Positions 56,136 through 64,000 of a stretch of DNA of 64,000 bases are shown here, piece by piece (the stretch's first letter is position 1; every line of letters starts with the position of its first letter). The stretch comes from Patescibacteria group bacterium (GTDB lineage: Bacteria; Patescibacteriota; Microgenomatia; UBA10105; UBA927). The stretch is taken from the NCBI GenBank assembly GCA_049322955.1, contig JBMOPU010000012.1, positions 886,186 to 950,185 on the forward strand, in the 5' to 3' direction. A program made the translations under genes and the position numbers. Below the pieces are notes generated by a model. That model did not search any database. It was not told where the DNA came from and saw nothing but the letters and a program-made list of their open reading frames with translations.

Positions 56136-57030
56136 AGCGCATTCCCCACCGCATAAAGAAAAAATCTCCGACGGCCTGCCGTTTTTCCCGGTTTGTTCCG
56201 AAAAGAAACGTACCTCCCTCACGGAGTAAGGCTATTTTCGTCCGGAGGGATGCATACCGCATCCCGAGGAGTAATCGGTTTCTCGTGATGTAATAATCGT
56301 GTATCGGATTACCGGCTCCTCCCGATGAACCCGCGTTGACGTGCCAAATGACCGATGTCGGTTGATACATGAGCCGATACCCCGCTCTCTTTGCGCGAAG
56401 GCAAAAATCCAGATCCTCAAGATAAAGGTAATACGCGTCATCAAGCATACCGACGGATTCGATCACCCGCCGGTCTATCATCATCGAGCAACCCGTCACG
56501 AACGGAGTTTCCGTACGCTGGTCATATTGTCCGTGATCCACTTCGTCAACGCCGCGGTGTGATGCATAGACATTATCCCAATCAACGAGTCCTCCCGCAT
56601 ACCAAAACACGCGACCCCGTTCTTTTTTGGTATAGCGGGATTTGTGAAATTCATGTCCCGGCGCAAAATATATTTTTGAACCGGCAATCCCCACGCTATC
56701 TTCTTCAAACGCATCGAGCAGTGAAAGTGCTTCAGGGTCGACAATCGTATCATTATTGAGTAACCACACATAATCTGCTCCCAGTTTCATCGCATAGGTC
56801 ATACCCACGTTGTTGCCGCCGGTAAAACCGCGGTTCGTATCGAGTTTTAACAAGGTTACCTTCGGAAAATCCCGTGCAAGAATCGCGACGGAATCATCGG
56901 TCGAACCGTTATCCACGACGATCGTGAGCACCTCGACGGTATTGCGGCGAAGTTTTTCAAGCGATCGAAGACACACCGACGTGTCTTTATGGCCGTTCCA
57001 GTTCACGATGACGATGGCAACTTTTTTCAT
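56110..57030 (-). CDS. GT2 glycosyltransferase (WbbL/GT2-c-like)
   Basis: IVNWNG, VDNGS.D, N.GFTGGNN, LLNNDT, TGCSM, YLEDLDFC.R, YY.TRNR. Confidence 0.92.
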   Translation of the reverse strand: MKKVAIVIVNWNGHKDTSVCLRSLEKLRRNTVEVLTIVVDNGSTDDSVAILARDFPKVTLLKLDTNRGFTGGNNVGMTYAMKLGADYVWLLNNDTIVDPEALSLLDAFEEDSVGIAGSKIYFAPGHEFHKSRYTKKERGRVFWYAGGLVDWDNVYASHRGVDEVDHGQYDQRTETPFVTGCSMMIDRRVIESVGMLDDAYYLYLEDLDFCLRAKRAGYRLMYQPTSVIWHVNAGSSGGAGNPIHDYYITRNRLLLGMRYASLRTKIALLREGGTFLFGTNREKRQAVGDFFFMRWGMRYEPKKTNA

Positions 57031-57032
57031 GG

Positions 57033-57932
57033 TTATTTTCCCAGTTTTCGCGTAATCTTATGACGAAGTTTTCCCAAAACGGATTTTGTTTCCTCGATCC
57101 GCGCGGTACTTATCCAATACGACACCTCTTTTCCCGTTTTTTTCATTTCGGCAATGACCGTTTCGACGGGAATCTCCATATCGACAAACCGTTCACGCTC
57201 CCAAAGCTTTATGAAAATGAGAAAGGAATAGAACGCCTGAAGCAGGGCAAGCACTAATCCGTGCAACCCGTCCTTATACCCTCCCTGGGCAAAATAGAGT
57301 TTGATAAAATCGGAAGCGGGAAAACGGATCGCATCCTGCCACGTGACGGTATATCCCAGAGAAACATATTTCTGCACCTCATTTTCGGTGTACACCCGCT
57401 CCATTTTTTCCAAATACTGTCCGACGCTATCATAGTTATAGTGCGTATAGGGATTTTTGAGCGTGCCGAGCTTTCCTGCAACATCGATATACTCATGGAC
57501 ATGCTTTTGGGGATACTTTCCCGCGCCATTTTTGAAAAGCCGTAACTGAAGATCGGGCCACCATATGCCGTGTTGAATCCACTTGCCGAAAATCATGTTT
57601 TTGCGCGGTATCCAATATCCGTCCGCATCGTCTTGTGAAATTGCGGCGCGTATTTCTTCCGAAAGAGGGAGAGTCACTTCTTCATCGTCATCCAGGCAAA
57701 GAATCCAATCCCCGCTTGCTTTGGAAAAACCGAAATTCTTATTCACGTTCAGCATCAGATTATTCGGTCGCGAAAAAACTTTTGCGCCGAACTTTTTGGC
57801 CACTTGCGACGTGTCGTCGGATGATTCGTTATCGACGACAATAATCTCGTCGGCAAGCTTTTTTACGGAAGCAAGGGTTCTTGCCAGACTTTTTGCCCGG
57901 TTATGGGTACTGATGACGACGGATAGTTTCAT
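57033..57932 (-). CDS. GT2, WaaE/KdtX-like beta-glycosyltransferase
   Basis: VDNES.D, WILCLDDDE, PRKN.IFGKW..G.WPD.QLRLF, VHE, GYKDG..G. Confidence 0.88.
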   Translation of the reverse strand: MKLSVVISTHNRAKSLARTLASVKKLADEIIVVDNESSDDTSQVAKKFGAKVFSRPNNLMLNVNKNFGFSKASGDWILCLDDDEEVTLPLSEEIRAAISQDDADGYWIPRKNMIFGKWIQHGIWWPDLQLRLFKNGAGKYPQKHVHEYIDVAGKLGTLKNPYTHYNYDSVGQYLEKMERVYTENEVQKYVSLGYTVTWQDAIRFPASDFIKLYFAQGGYKDGLHGLVLALLQAFYSFLIFIKLWERERFVDMEIPVETVIAEMKKTGKEVSYWISTARIEETKSVLGKLRHKITRKLGK

Positions 57933-59380
57933 TGGGTGCTCCTCCTTATCATGCCGACAAATGCGTGTATTTTATTTTTTTCCAAGAAAAAAAGCGTGCC
58001 CGCATAGATCCCCATGCCGATAATTCCCAACAGAACGAGGTATATATAGGTATGCGGCACGACCGTAAGCGACACCCAATAGGAAATCCCCTGCACGACG
58101 GTTGCGATAATAGGCCCTTTGACGTTATCGATAAACGAAAAATCGGCAATCCCTTTCGCCACTCGGATAACGAGAATGATCGACAATGACACGACAAGGA
58201 GCGCAAGAGCGACACCGTTATAACCGAAAAATCGCATGAACAGCAGGGTACATGCCCACGTACCGACCGTCCATCCCACCATAAACGTTAACGTTGTGCG
58301 TATTTTCCCCACGGCATTTAACGCATTCATCAGCGGTGTCGAAAGTGCCGCGATAGCCGAGGAAAAAACAAAAAAGTAAAACGACAAAAGCGCGGGTTCC
58401 CATTTGGCATAGCGGGGTATGAGACCGACCATCGGATGGACAAAAAACAGCAACCCCGTCGATAGCGGCAGAATAGCGGAAGCCAAACCGAACATTGTTT
58501 TATCAATTGCTTTTTCCAGAAGCTTTTTGTCATGTTGGAGCCGTGAATACGTGGGAAACGTCACGCGGATGACGCTATCCATGATAAGCCTCAGCGGAAC
58601 CTCCGCCCATTTTTTCGCCCATCCGATGTATCCTACTTCCGCAAACGGTAAAACCCTACCCAAAAAAACCGTCATAAGATCGTCCTTTAACAGAGCCAAA
58701 AACGAATTCATCTGGAACGGAATACCAAATTTCATCAGCCGCTTTGCGCTTGCCCGGGAGACCGTGAATCGGGGAAACCAAGGCTCAACAATGTACATTG
58801 TGATAAGTCCGACAATCCCCCGCACCAATACCGCCCAGGTGAAACTTGTTATGCCCTGTCCTTTCCAGGCGAGAAAAACGGCCACGCCGTAAAAACCGAG
58901 CGTTTCCACGATATGGGGAATAACCAAACGATCAAAGGAAAGTTTCCGTTCAAGTAATACCGAGGGAATGGTCTTGAGACTCGAAAGAAAGAACGATACG
59001 GCGAGTGCGCGAAACAACCACACTCCCGACGCGTCAAGCCGATAAAACGATGCGATAAATTCGGATAATACCAGACTAATGACAACGAGCGTGAGAACCA
59101 GCGCCTGTTGAATGACAAACGTGGTATTTAAGTCGTCGAGCGTCACCTCATCCTTTTTTTGCACCAATGCGGCGGCCAATCCGATGTCGGAAAAATATCC
59201 CAGGAACGAAATAATCGCGGAAACGACATAAAAAACGCCGAAGACGTCCGGGGTCAAAAAAAGCGTTAATAAAAATGTCGCTCCGAACGCGACTACCTGA
59301 AGGATAAACGTGCGAACGGTGAGGGCCACAACTCCGACAACCGAGCGTTTTTTTATAACCTCCAAATCAATGTCTGGCAT
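57929..59380 (-). CDS. wzx: Wzx (WzxC/PST-like) oligosaccharide flippase
   Basis: LTP..FG, SDIGL.AALVQ, LER.L.F, VGY..WA, RVTFP.YSRLQ; about 14 TMs. Confidence 0.88.
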   Translation of the reverse strand: MPDIDLEVIKKRSVVGVVALTVRTFILQVVAFGATFLLTLFLTPDVFGVFYVVSAIISFLGYFSDIGLAAALVQKKDEVTLDDLNTTFVIQQALVLTLVVISLVLSEFIASFYRLDASGVWLFRALAVSFFLSSLKTIPSVLLERKLSFDRLVIPHIVETLGFYGVAVFLAWKGQGITSFTWAVLVRGIVGLITMYIVEPWFPRFTVSRASAKRLMKFGIPFQMNSFLALLKDDLMTVFLGRVLPFAEVGYIGWAKKWAEVPLRLIMDSVIRVTFPTYSRLQHDKKLLEKAIDKTMFGLASAILPLSTGLLFFVHPMVGLIPRYAKWEPALLSFYFFVFSSAIAALSTPLMNALNAVGKIRTTLTFMVGWTVGTWACTLLFMRFFGYNGVALALLVVSLSIILVIRVAKGIADFSFIDNVKGPIIATVVQGISYWVSLTVVPHTYIYLVLLGIIGMGIYAGTLFFLEKNKIHAFVGMIRRSTQ

Positions 59381-60116
59381 ACGGTAGCTTTCTCCACGGC
59401 CGCGTGGTATATAACCGCCACAATCCTTTCAAGTCCCCAAGCGCCGTTTTCATGACACGCACCGTAGACCCGGGATTATCGATCCACGTCACCGGTTCTT
59501 CGTAAATCCGATACCCGCTCTTCTCACCGACGATCAGGAGTTCACTGTCAAAAAACCATTCGTTATCTTTCACCTGCGGCATGAGCTCGCGTACGACCCT
59601 TCGGGAGACCGCCTTAAATCCGCATTGCGCATCGGTGAAATTCACCCAGAAAAAAAGCTTGATAAGGCTGATATATCCTTTTGATGTAATCGACCGAAGG
59701 GTGCTTCTGCCGAATACTCTCGCTCCCTTCGTATTTCTGCTCCCTATTGCCATGTCAAAACCGCGCTCGAGCGCATGCAAGAGCGGCGGCAGGTGCTTCA
59801 GATCGGTCGAAAGATCTATATCCATGTAGGCAAGATAATCATAGTCGCCTTTGCGCCAGACGTGCTTCACCGCCCTTCCCCGTCCTTTTTGCGAAAGATG
59901 TTCTACCGACACGGATTGATACGTACGACTGAGTTCACGCGCGATTTTCAAAGTGGCATCGGTGCTTGCGTTATCGGCGATCGTTATATGCCAGGAAAAA
60001 TCGGAGAGATTTTTTGCCAGGTAACGGATGAGGGTGCCGACACTCGTTTTCAATTCCACCGCTTCGTTATACACGGGAAGCACGATATTAACGCTTGGTT
60101 TTGTGCTGCTTGGCAT
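59367..60116 (-). CDS. GT2, dolichyl/polyprenyl-phosphate glycosyltransferase (ALG5/AglD-like)
   Basis: LPVYNE, DNASTD, GRGRA, YMDIDLSTDL, IGSR, DAQCGFKA, WFFDSELL, PV.W. ATG at 60116. Confidence 0.88.
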   Translation of the reverse strand: MPSSTKPSVNIVLPVYNEAVELKTSVGTLIRYLAKNLSDFSWHITIADNASTDATLKIARELSRTYQSVSVEHLSQKGRGRAVKHVWRKGDYDYLAYMDIDLSTDLKHLPPLLHALERGFDMAIGSRNTKGARVFGRSTLRSITSKGYISLIKLFFWVNFTDAQCGFKAVSRRVVRELMPQVKDNEWFFDSELLIVGEKSGYRIYEEPVTWIDNPGSTVRVMKTALGDLKGLWRLYTTRPWRKLPYARH

Positions 60117-61737
60117 AAAGATAATAAATAAAAATAATAAGGCTAACAAGCGAAATACCGTTGCCGATAACCCGTATCGGCGTATCGGTAAAACGCATGG
60201 TTATATACGACTGACCCGCGGCAAGAGTAAGCTCGGGCAATCCGTTTTTGACGGTCGGCCGTACTTCTTTATCGTCAATAAAATACCGCCAACCGGGAAA
60301 CGGCGCTTTGTTGATACGAACGGGCATCTCTTCCGCCGCAATGACGGACCATACTTCCCGGGTCGTGGTTTTTGTCAGCAACCGCGCCGACAGGCCGTTT
60401 CCTTCCTCTATTGTAGCAAAATCAGCTTCTTTCGGTGTGTCCGGCCGGGGGACGGAACGCGGAAGGTATTCATCGGAAATTTTTGATACCCGCCACCTGA
60501 CATCGGAAGGGGCTTCAAATGCGGTACTTGGTTTCTCATAGGTATATTGGGGCATAAACCATTTGCCGTTTAACAGTATAACCCCGACGCAAATGGCTAT
60601 GGTTGCCGCCCATTTGGCAACGGCGTTTTTTACCGGGAGCATCGCAAAACTTCCCAAGAGTGACGTGCCGAACATAAGAATCCCCAGAAAACGCCAGGGA
60701 TATTGAAGGTAGGCAAAGCCGGGGATGCTATCCCACAACCATTTTGAAGCTTCGGTCGCAAACAATACTCCTACAAATGCCGCGGCGACCGCAACTCCTA
60801 TAAGTCCGGCCATTCGTTTCGGCCGCAATACAAGCGCCGTCACCAGTCCGGCAAAACCGAGAAGCAGATGGGCTTTCCCGACCATAAACGACATGCCGTC
60901 AACACATCCTTTCGCGGATCCGCCGAATCCCCAGAGTGATGCGTACAGTTGGGTGATACATACGAAGTGATCCTTATAATCGGCACTGGCACTCACCTGG
61001 CCGGAAACCCCGGTAAACTGCATTTCAAACATTGCAGGGAGCCAGAAAAAACCCGCAAGCCCCATACCGAGAAGCAGCGGAACGGATGCGGAAAGCGTTT
61101 CGCGAAGCCGGTCGCGATTACGAAGATATCGAACCATCCGATACAGGACAAAGGAACACCCGACGAAGATCGTCACCGCAAATCCCATGAGGGTATGGGA
61201 GAGGATCACTCCTCCGATCCCGATCGCTCCCGCCGCCGCCGACTTCTTTGTTGCGGGTTTTCCCCATCCCGTAATCCAGTAGGCAATAAGGGGGAAAAAC
61301 ACGAGGGACCAATATTCACCCACCGCCCCCCGAACGTATATCTGTACCGCATGATAGGGCGCAAAAAGAAAGAGTACGCCGGCAAGAAGTCCGTACGGCA
61401 GTTCGATAAGCAGCGTTACCAACAATGCGGGCAGTAGGATCCCTGCGGCAAACATGATTTTGGTTGCCAAAACGGCGGGGACACCCACGGCATACAGCAA
61501 CCCGCCGAAATAATACGGTAACGGTCCGTAAAAATTAAAAATCGGATAACCGTATCCGTACCCTAACTCATTGACCCATCGGACGGGAAACTGGAAATCA
61601 CGAAGCGCCCTTCCCATTTCGATGACACGGGCAACCTGCGTATCATCGTGCATCGGGAAGAACCCCGGAGATACGAGCGGCCGGACGGCAAAAAAACCCG
61701 CAAGCGCAAGCAAAATATACGGTAGGACTCGTTTCAT
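60088..61737 (-). CDS. PTPS-related GT-C membrane glycosyltransferase
   Basis: MHDDTQVAR, FPVRWV.ELGYGYGYPIFNFY, YVRGAVGE, SH, QYPWR, EYLP, FPGW. ATG at 61737. Confidence 0.78.
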   Translation of the reverse strand: MKRVLPYILLALAGFFAVRPLVSPGFFPMHDDTQVARVIEMGRALRDFQFPVRWVNELGYGYGYPIFNFYGPLPYYFGGLLYAVGVPAVLATKIMFAAGILLPALLVTLLIELPYGLLAGVLFLFAPYHAVQIYVRGAVGEYWSLVFFPLIAYWITGWGKPATKKSAAAGAIGIGGVILSHTLMGFAVTIFVGCSFVLYRMVRYLRNRDRLRETLSASVPLLLGMGLAGFFWLPAMFEMQFTGVSGQVSASADYKDHFVCITQLYASLWGFGGSAKGCVDGMSFMVGKAHLLLGFAGLVTALVLRPKRMAGLIGVAVAAAFVGVLFATEASKWLWDSIPGFAYLQYPWRFLGILMFGTSLLGSFAMLPVKNAVAKWAATIAICVGVILLNGKWFMPQYTYEKPSTAFEAPSDVRWRVSKISDEYLPRSVPRPDTPKEADFATIEEGNGLSARLLTKTTTREVWSVIAAEEMPVRINKAPFPGWRYFIDDKEVRPTVKNGLPELTLAAGQSYITMRFTDTPIRVIGNGISLVSLIIFIYYLYAKQHKTKR

Positions 61738-63326
61738 GATGAGTGCGTTAGGCGCCGCAACACAATGCAATAACAGATAAACGACAGGATACTTATCAAA
61801 TCCGCGGCCAATCGAAACGGTGTCTCACGAAAATCGGCGGATACGACATGGGTTCCTTTGGGAATTTCGATACGCATGACTCCCAATCGGTTCGCATAAT
61901 CAATAGGCGTCAATCGGTTGTCAACGGTAATCCCCCATCCGGGATAATAAATTTTATTGATCTGAATCGTGCTTGACTCTTTTGCTTCCGCGGTAAAGGT
62001 GATTTTTTCGCCGGAAAACGTGCGCGTTGAAAGGAGAGCGTCGCCGTTTATCACTTCCAAGGTTTCCACGGGACGATTCACGGGGATATCATGCACCCAT
62101 CGGGGCATATACTCGTTTGCGACGGTAGTCGTCGCTTCGTTTGTCACGTAATAGCCCGTGTCACGCCGTACGGGAGAAACCTCACCCAATAGAACGGATG
62201 CCGTTGATAACCAAACTGAAAAAAGTACCGCGGATAAGGCGACCCGCCGCCAACCCGAAAGATGTTCAAAAACCGCGGCGATAATCCACGGCCCGAACAG
62301 TACGGGCAATAACAACGCGCGGTACGGAAACTGAAAAAGGACGGAAAATGCGGATATGTTCCATACGGGAGCAGTAATCGGAAGCGCAAGTATGATTCCC
62401 GCTATCGCCCAAAAAAATGCAACCGATTCAAACCGGGTAATTTTTTTCCGTAAGCCCAGAAATACCGCAAGCGCAACCACGGTGCCCAACCCGATAAGTC
62501 CGGCATTCAGCGGCGTAATAAAGTACGATGACGGATCCGAAATGACGACGGCATCAAACCGAACCAAATGTTTCTCCAGAAGGGCGGGAATCCAGAAAAA
62601 ACTGGCAAACCCCACGCCGATTGCGCCGGCGGTCAAAAACATGCCTCTTGCCGGAACGCTCATCGCAAGGGTGGCGATTGCAATCCCCAAAAGGAGCGCC
62701 GCCGAATTATGGCTTATGATAAGAAGCCCTATCATGGGGGCAAACAACCACCCCCACCCTCTGACAATGGCGGTGACGGCCCAGGATGCGGCGGCGATCG
62801 CCAGTACTTCTCCCACCGACCCACGATGATACATATCAAAAAGGAGATACGGAGCAAAGACAAGACTTACTGCCCCCATGGTCCGTGCCCATCTTCCGTA
62901 TGTTTTCCGAAGTCCCGCGTAGACGGCAATAACGGCCGAGACAACGGAACCGGCAAGGATGATTTTTACCGCATCCTGAAATGACGCGCCGAGAATATGC
63001 AGCAGGGATCCCAAGTAGAGAAACCCCGGATACAGAAAGTTACTCACCGGATAGCCGTAACTGTTGTTCAATCTTCCCAAAAATCGCACCGGGAATTGTC
63101 CGTCGGCGAGACTTTGATAGAATGCCGACAGCCGGATTATCATCCACTCACCGTCGTCCGTAATAAAAAATCCCGATCGCATCAGGGGTGTCAGAACAAG
63201 AAAAAGTGCCGCCGCAATAAGGAGCAACGACCAACGGGAGAAAAATCCCGAAGGACTCTCCCTATCACGGTTCGGGGCAAGTGAGTGGCCGGAGTTTTTT
63301 TGCATTGATGGTTTTTTCTTTCTCAT
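61734..63326 (-). CDS. PTPS-related GT-C membrane glycosyltransferase
   Basis: TDDGEWM, FPVRF...LNNSYGYP..NF.YP, Y.RGSVGE, SHN, QFPYR, EYMP, YYPGW. Confidence 0.78.
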   Translation of the reverse strand: MRKKKPSMQKNSGHSLAPNRDRESPSGFFSRWSLLLIAAALFLVLTPLMRSGFFITDDGEWMIIRLSAFYQSLADGQFPVRFLGRLNNSYGYPVSNFLYPGFLYLGSLLHILGASFQDAVKIILAGSVVSAVIAVYAGLRKTYGRWARTMGAVSLVFAPYLLFDMYHRGSVGEVLAIAAASWAVTAIVRGWGWLFAPMIGLLIISHNSAALLLGIAIATLAMSVPARGMFLTAGAIGVGFASFFWIPALLEKHLVRFDAVVISDPSSYFITPLNAGLIGLGTVVALAVFLGLRKKITRFESVAFFWAIAGIILALPITAPVWNISAFSVLFQFPYRALLLPVLFGPWIIAAVFEHLSGWRRVALSAVLFSVWLSTASVLLGEVSPVRRDTGYYVTNEATTTVANEYMPRWVHDIPVNRPVETLEVINGDALLSTRTFSGEKITFTAEAKESSTIQINKIYYPGWGITVDNRLTPIDYANRLGVMRIEIPKGTHVVSADFRETPFRLAADLISILSFICYCIVLRRLTHSS

Positions 63327-63344
63327 ACCCGTACCGCCCTACCG

Positions 63345-63998
63345 TTACTTTTTTGCGGCACCGAAATCGGCAACCGGAGCATCCACTCTATAGAACCGCA
63401 TCATCCGCTTGTCTTCTCTCATCCCTTTTCGATACTCGCCGATAAGCGTCATCGGCCAATCCGGTTTTGTCTGTGTTTCGTTCAAGACAAAGTAGGTGGC
63501 GCTTTCGCTTGCCGCGGTAACGATATCATCAGGCATGGTTTCTGGAAGCGGCCACATACCGGTGATACGTACGTTCGGATTATCGACAAGATAAATTTCG
63601 ATCGCGTACGGAAGCAGTCCGAATGTTCCTTCCGTAAATACCTGTATTTTTTGATGCGCCGCCTCGGCGGTAAGATAGGTAACCACTTCCTTTACTCCGT
63701 ACCCTGCCGGCCAATCATCCAAAAATTGCCCGCGTTCGGATTCGGGTATGGGGGCGGCAACGGGATTGGTAATAATAAACCAATCCATAAAGAGTGAAGG
63801 GACGACGAGCACGAAGACAAGAAGCAGGCGTGCCATCCGATTTTTCATCGCGTCCCATACCGTAACCGCCGTTGAAGCCGCAACGATAAGCAGCGGCATC
63901 ATCATAAAAAAGATAAAACGCGGGTACAGTATTTTTGCAAATGTCGCAAGTGCCGCAAACGGAAGCGCCCACCAGACATACAGGAACCATCGCTCCCT
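63345..63998 (-). CDS. Partial (5' end beyond the right edge) ArnT/PMT-like GT-C glycosyltransferase, C-terminal part
   Basis: Frame is open to the window edge: RERWFLYVWWALPFAALATFAKILYPRFIFFMMMP..., with YPRF, QF..DWPAGYG and a soluble tail. Confidence 0.65.
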   Translation of the reverse strand, partial: RERWFLYVWWALPFAALATFAKILYPRFIFFMMMPLLIVAASTAVTVWDAMKNRMARLLLVFVLVVPSLFMDWFIITNPVAAPIPESERGQFLDDWPAGYGVKEVVTYLTAEAAHQKIQVFTEGTFGLLPYAIEIYLVDNPNVRITGMWPLPETMPDDIVTAASESATYFVLNETQTKPDWPMTLIGEYRKGMREDKRMMRFYRVDAPVADFGAAKK

Positions 63999-64000
63999 GT

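Noticed and set aside
20260-61770. Long N-terminal extensions given by the ORF track (e.g. starts 21216, 25815, 40462, 44443, 55471, 56222)
   Set aside because: They overlap upstream genes extensively and precede the family-typical N-terminus; downstream ATGs with tight coupling fit better.
1-64000. Many 60-200 aa antisense and out-of-frame ORFs in the six-frame track (e.g. 53871-54467 +, 51357-51929 +, 18671-19165 +)
   Set aside because: All lie inside longer motif-bearing genes and have no recognisable motifs; they are expected shadows at about 50% GC.
1-64000. CRISPR arrays, tRNA/rRNA, IS elements, integrases, defence genes
   Set aside because: No intergenic space is large enough, and no periodic repeats or relevant protein motifs were seen.

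Overview
The whole 64-kb window is one densely packed, mostly minus-strand cell-surface glycosylation locus that runs off both ends. It holds about 51 loci and no housekeeping, RNA, mobile-element or CRISPR features that I can see. By my motif reading it encodes about 24 polytopic GT-C-fold-like glycosyltransferases (ArnT/PMT-like, PTPS-related, YfhO-like, AftD/DUF3367-like, GT87/MptA-like), 12 of them in an uninterrupted 20-kb run at 28000-47936. It also encodes 10 GT2 (three look like polyprenyl-phosphate-sugar synthases), 5 GT4, 4 NDP-sugar SDR enzymes (a clear GDP-mannose 3,5-epimerase and a CDP-tyvelose-epimerase-like protein among them), 4 SAM methyltransferases, 2 Wzx-type flippases, a DUF5667-like exported protein and one unassigned membrane protein. 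Gene style suggests a Patescibacteria/CPR (Microgenomates-like) genome using code 11; this is inference. The main candidate for an undescribed system is a lipid-linked, extracytoplasmic glycan assembly line with strongly expanded GT-C paralogues and no recognisable Wzy, ligase, OST or ABC exporter in the window. Other points: one GT-C gene split at an in-phase A_AAA_AAG slippery heptamer, a second frameshifted GT-C gene, repeated SDR-GT4-methyltransferase cassettes, an AT-rich left segment, a four-gene plus-strand block behind a 43-bp bidirectional promoter candidate, and several internal extended -10 elements. All family calls come from recognising motifs by eye, without database searches.
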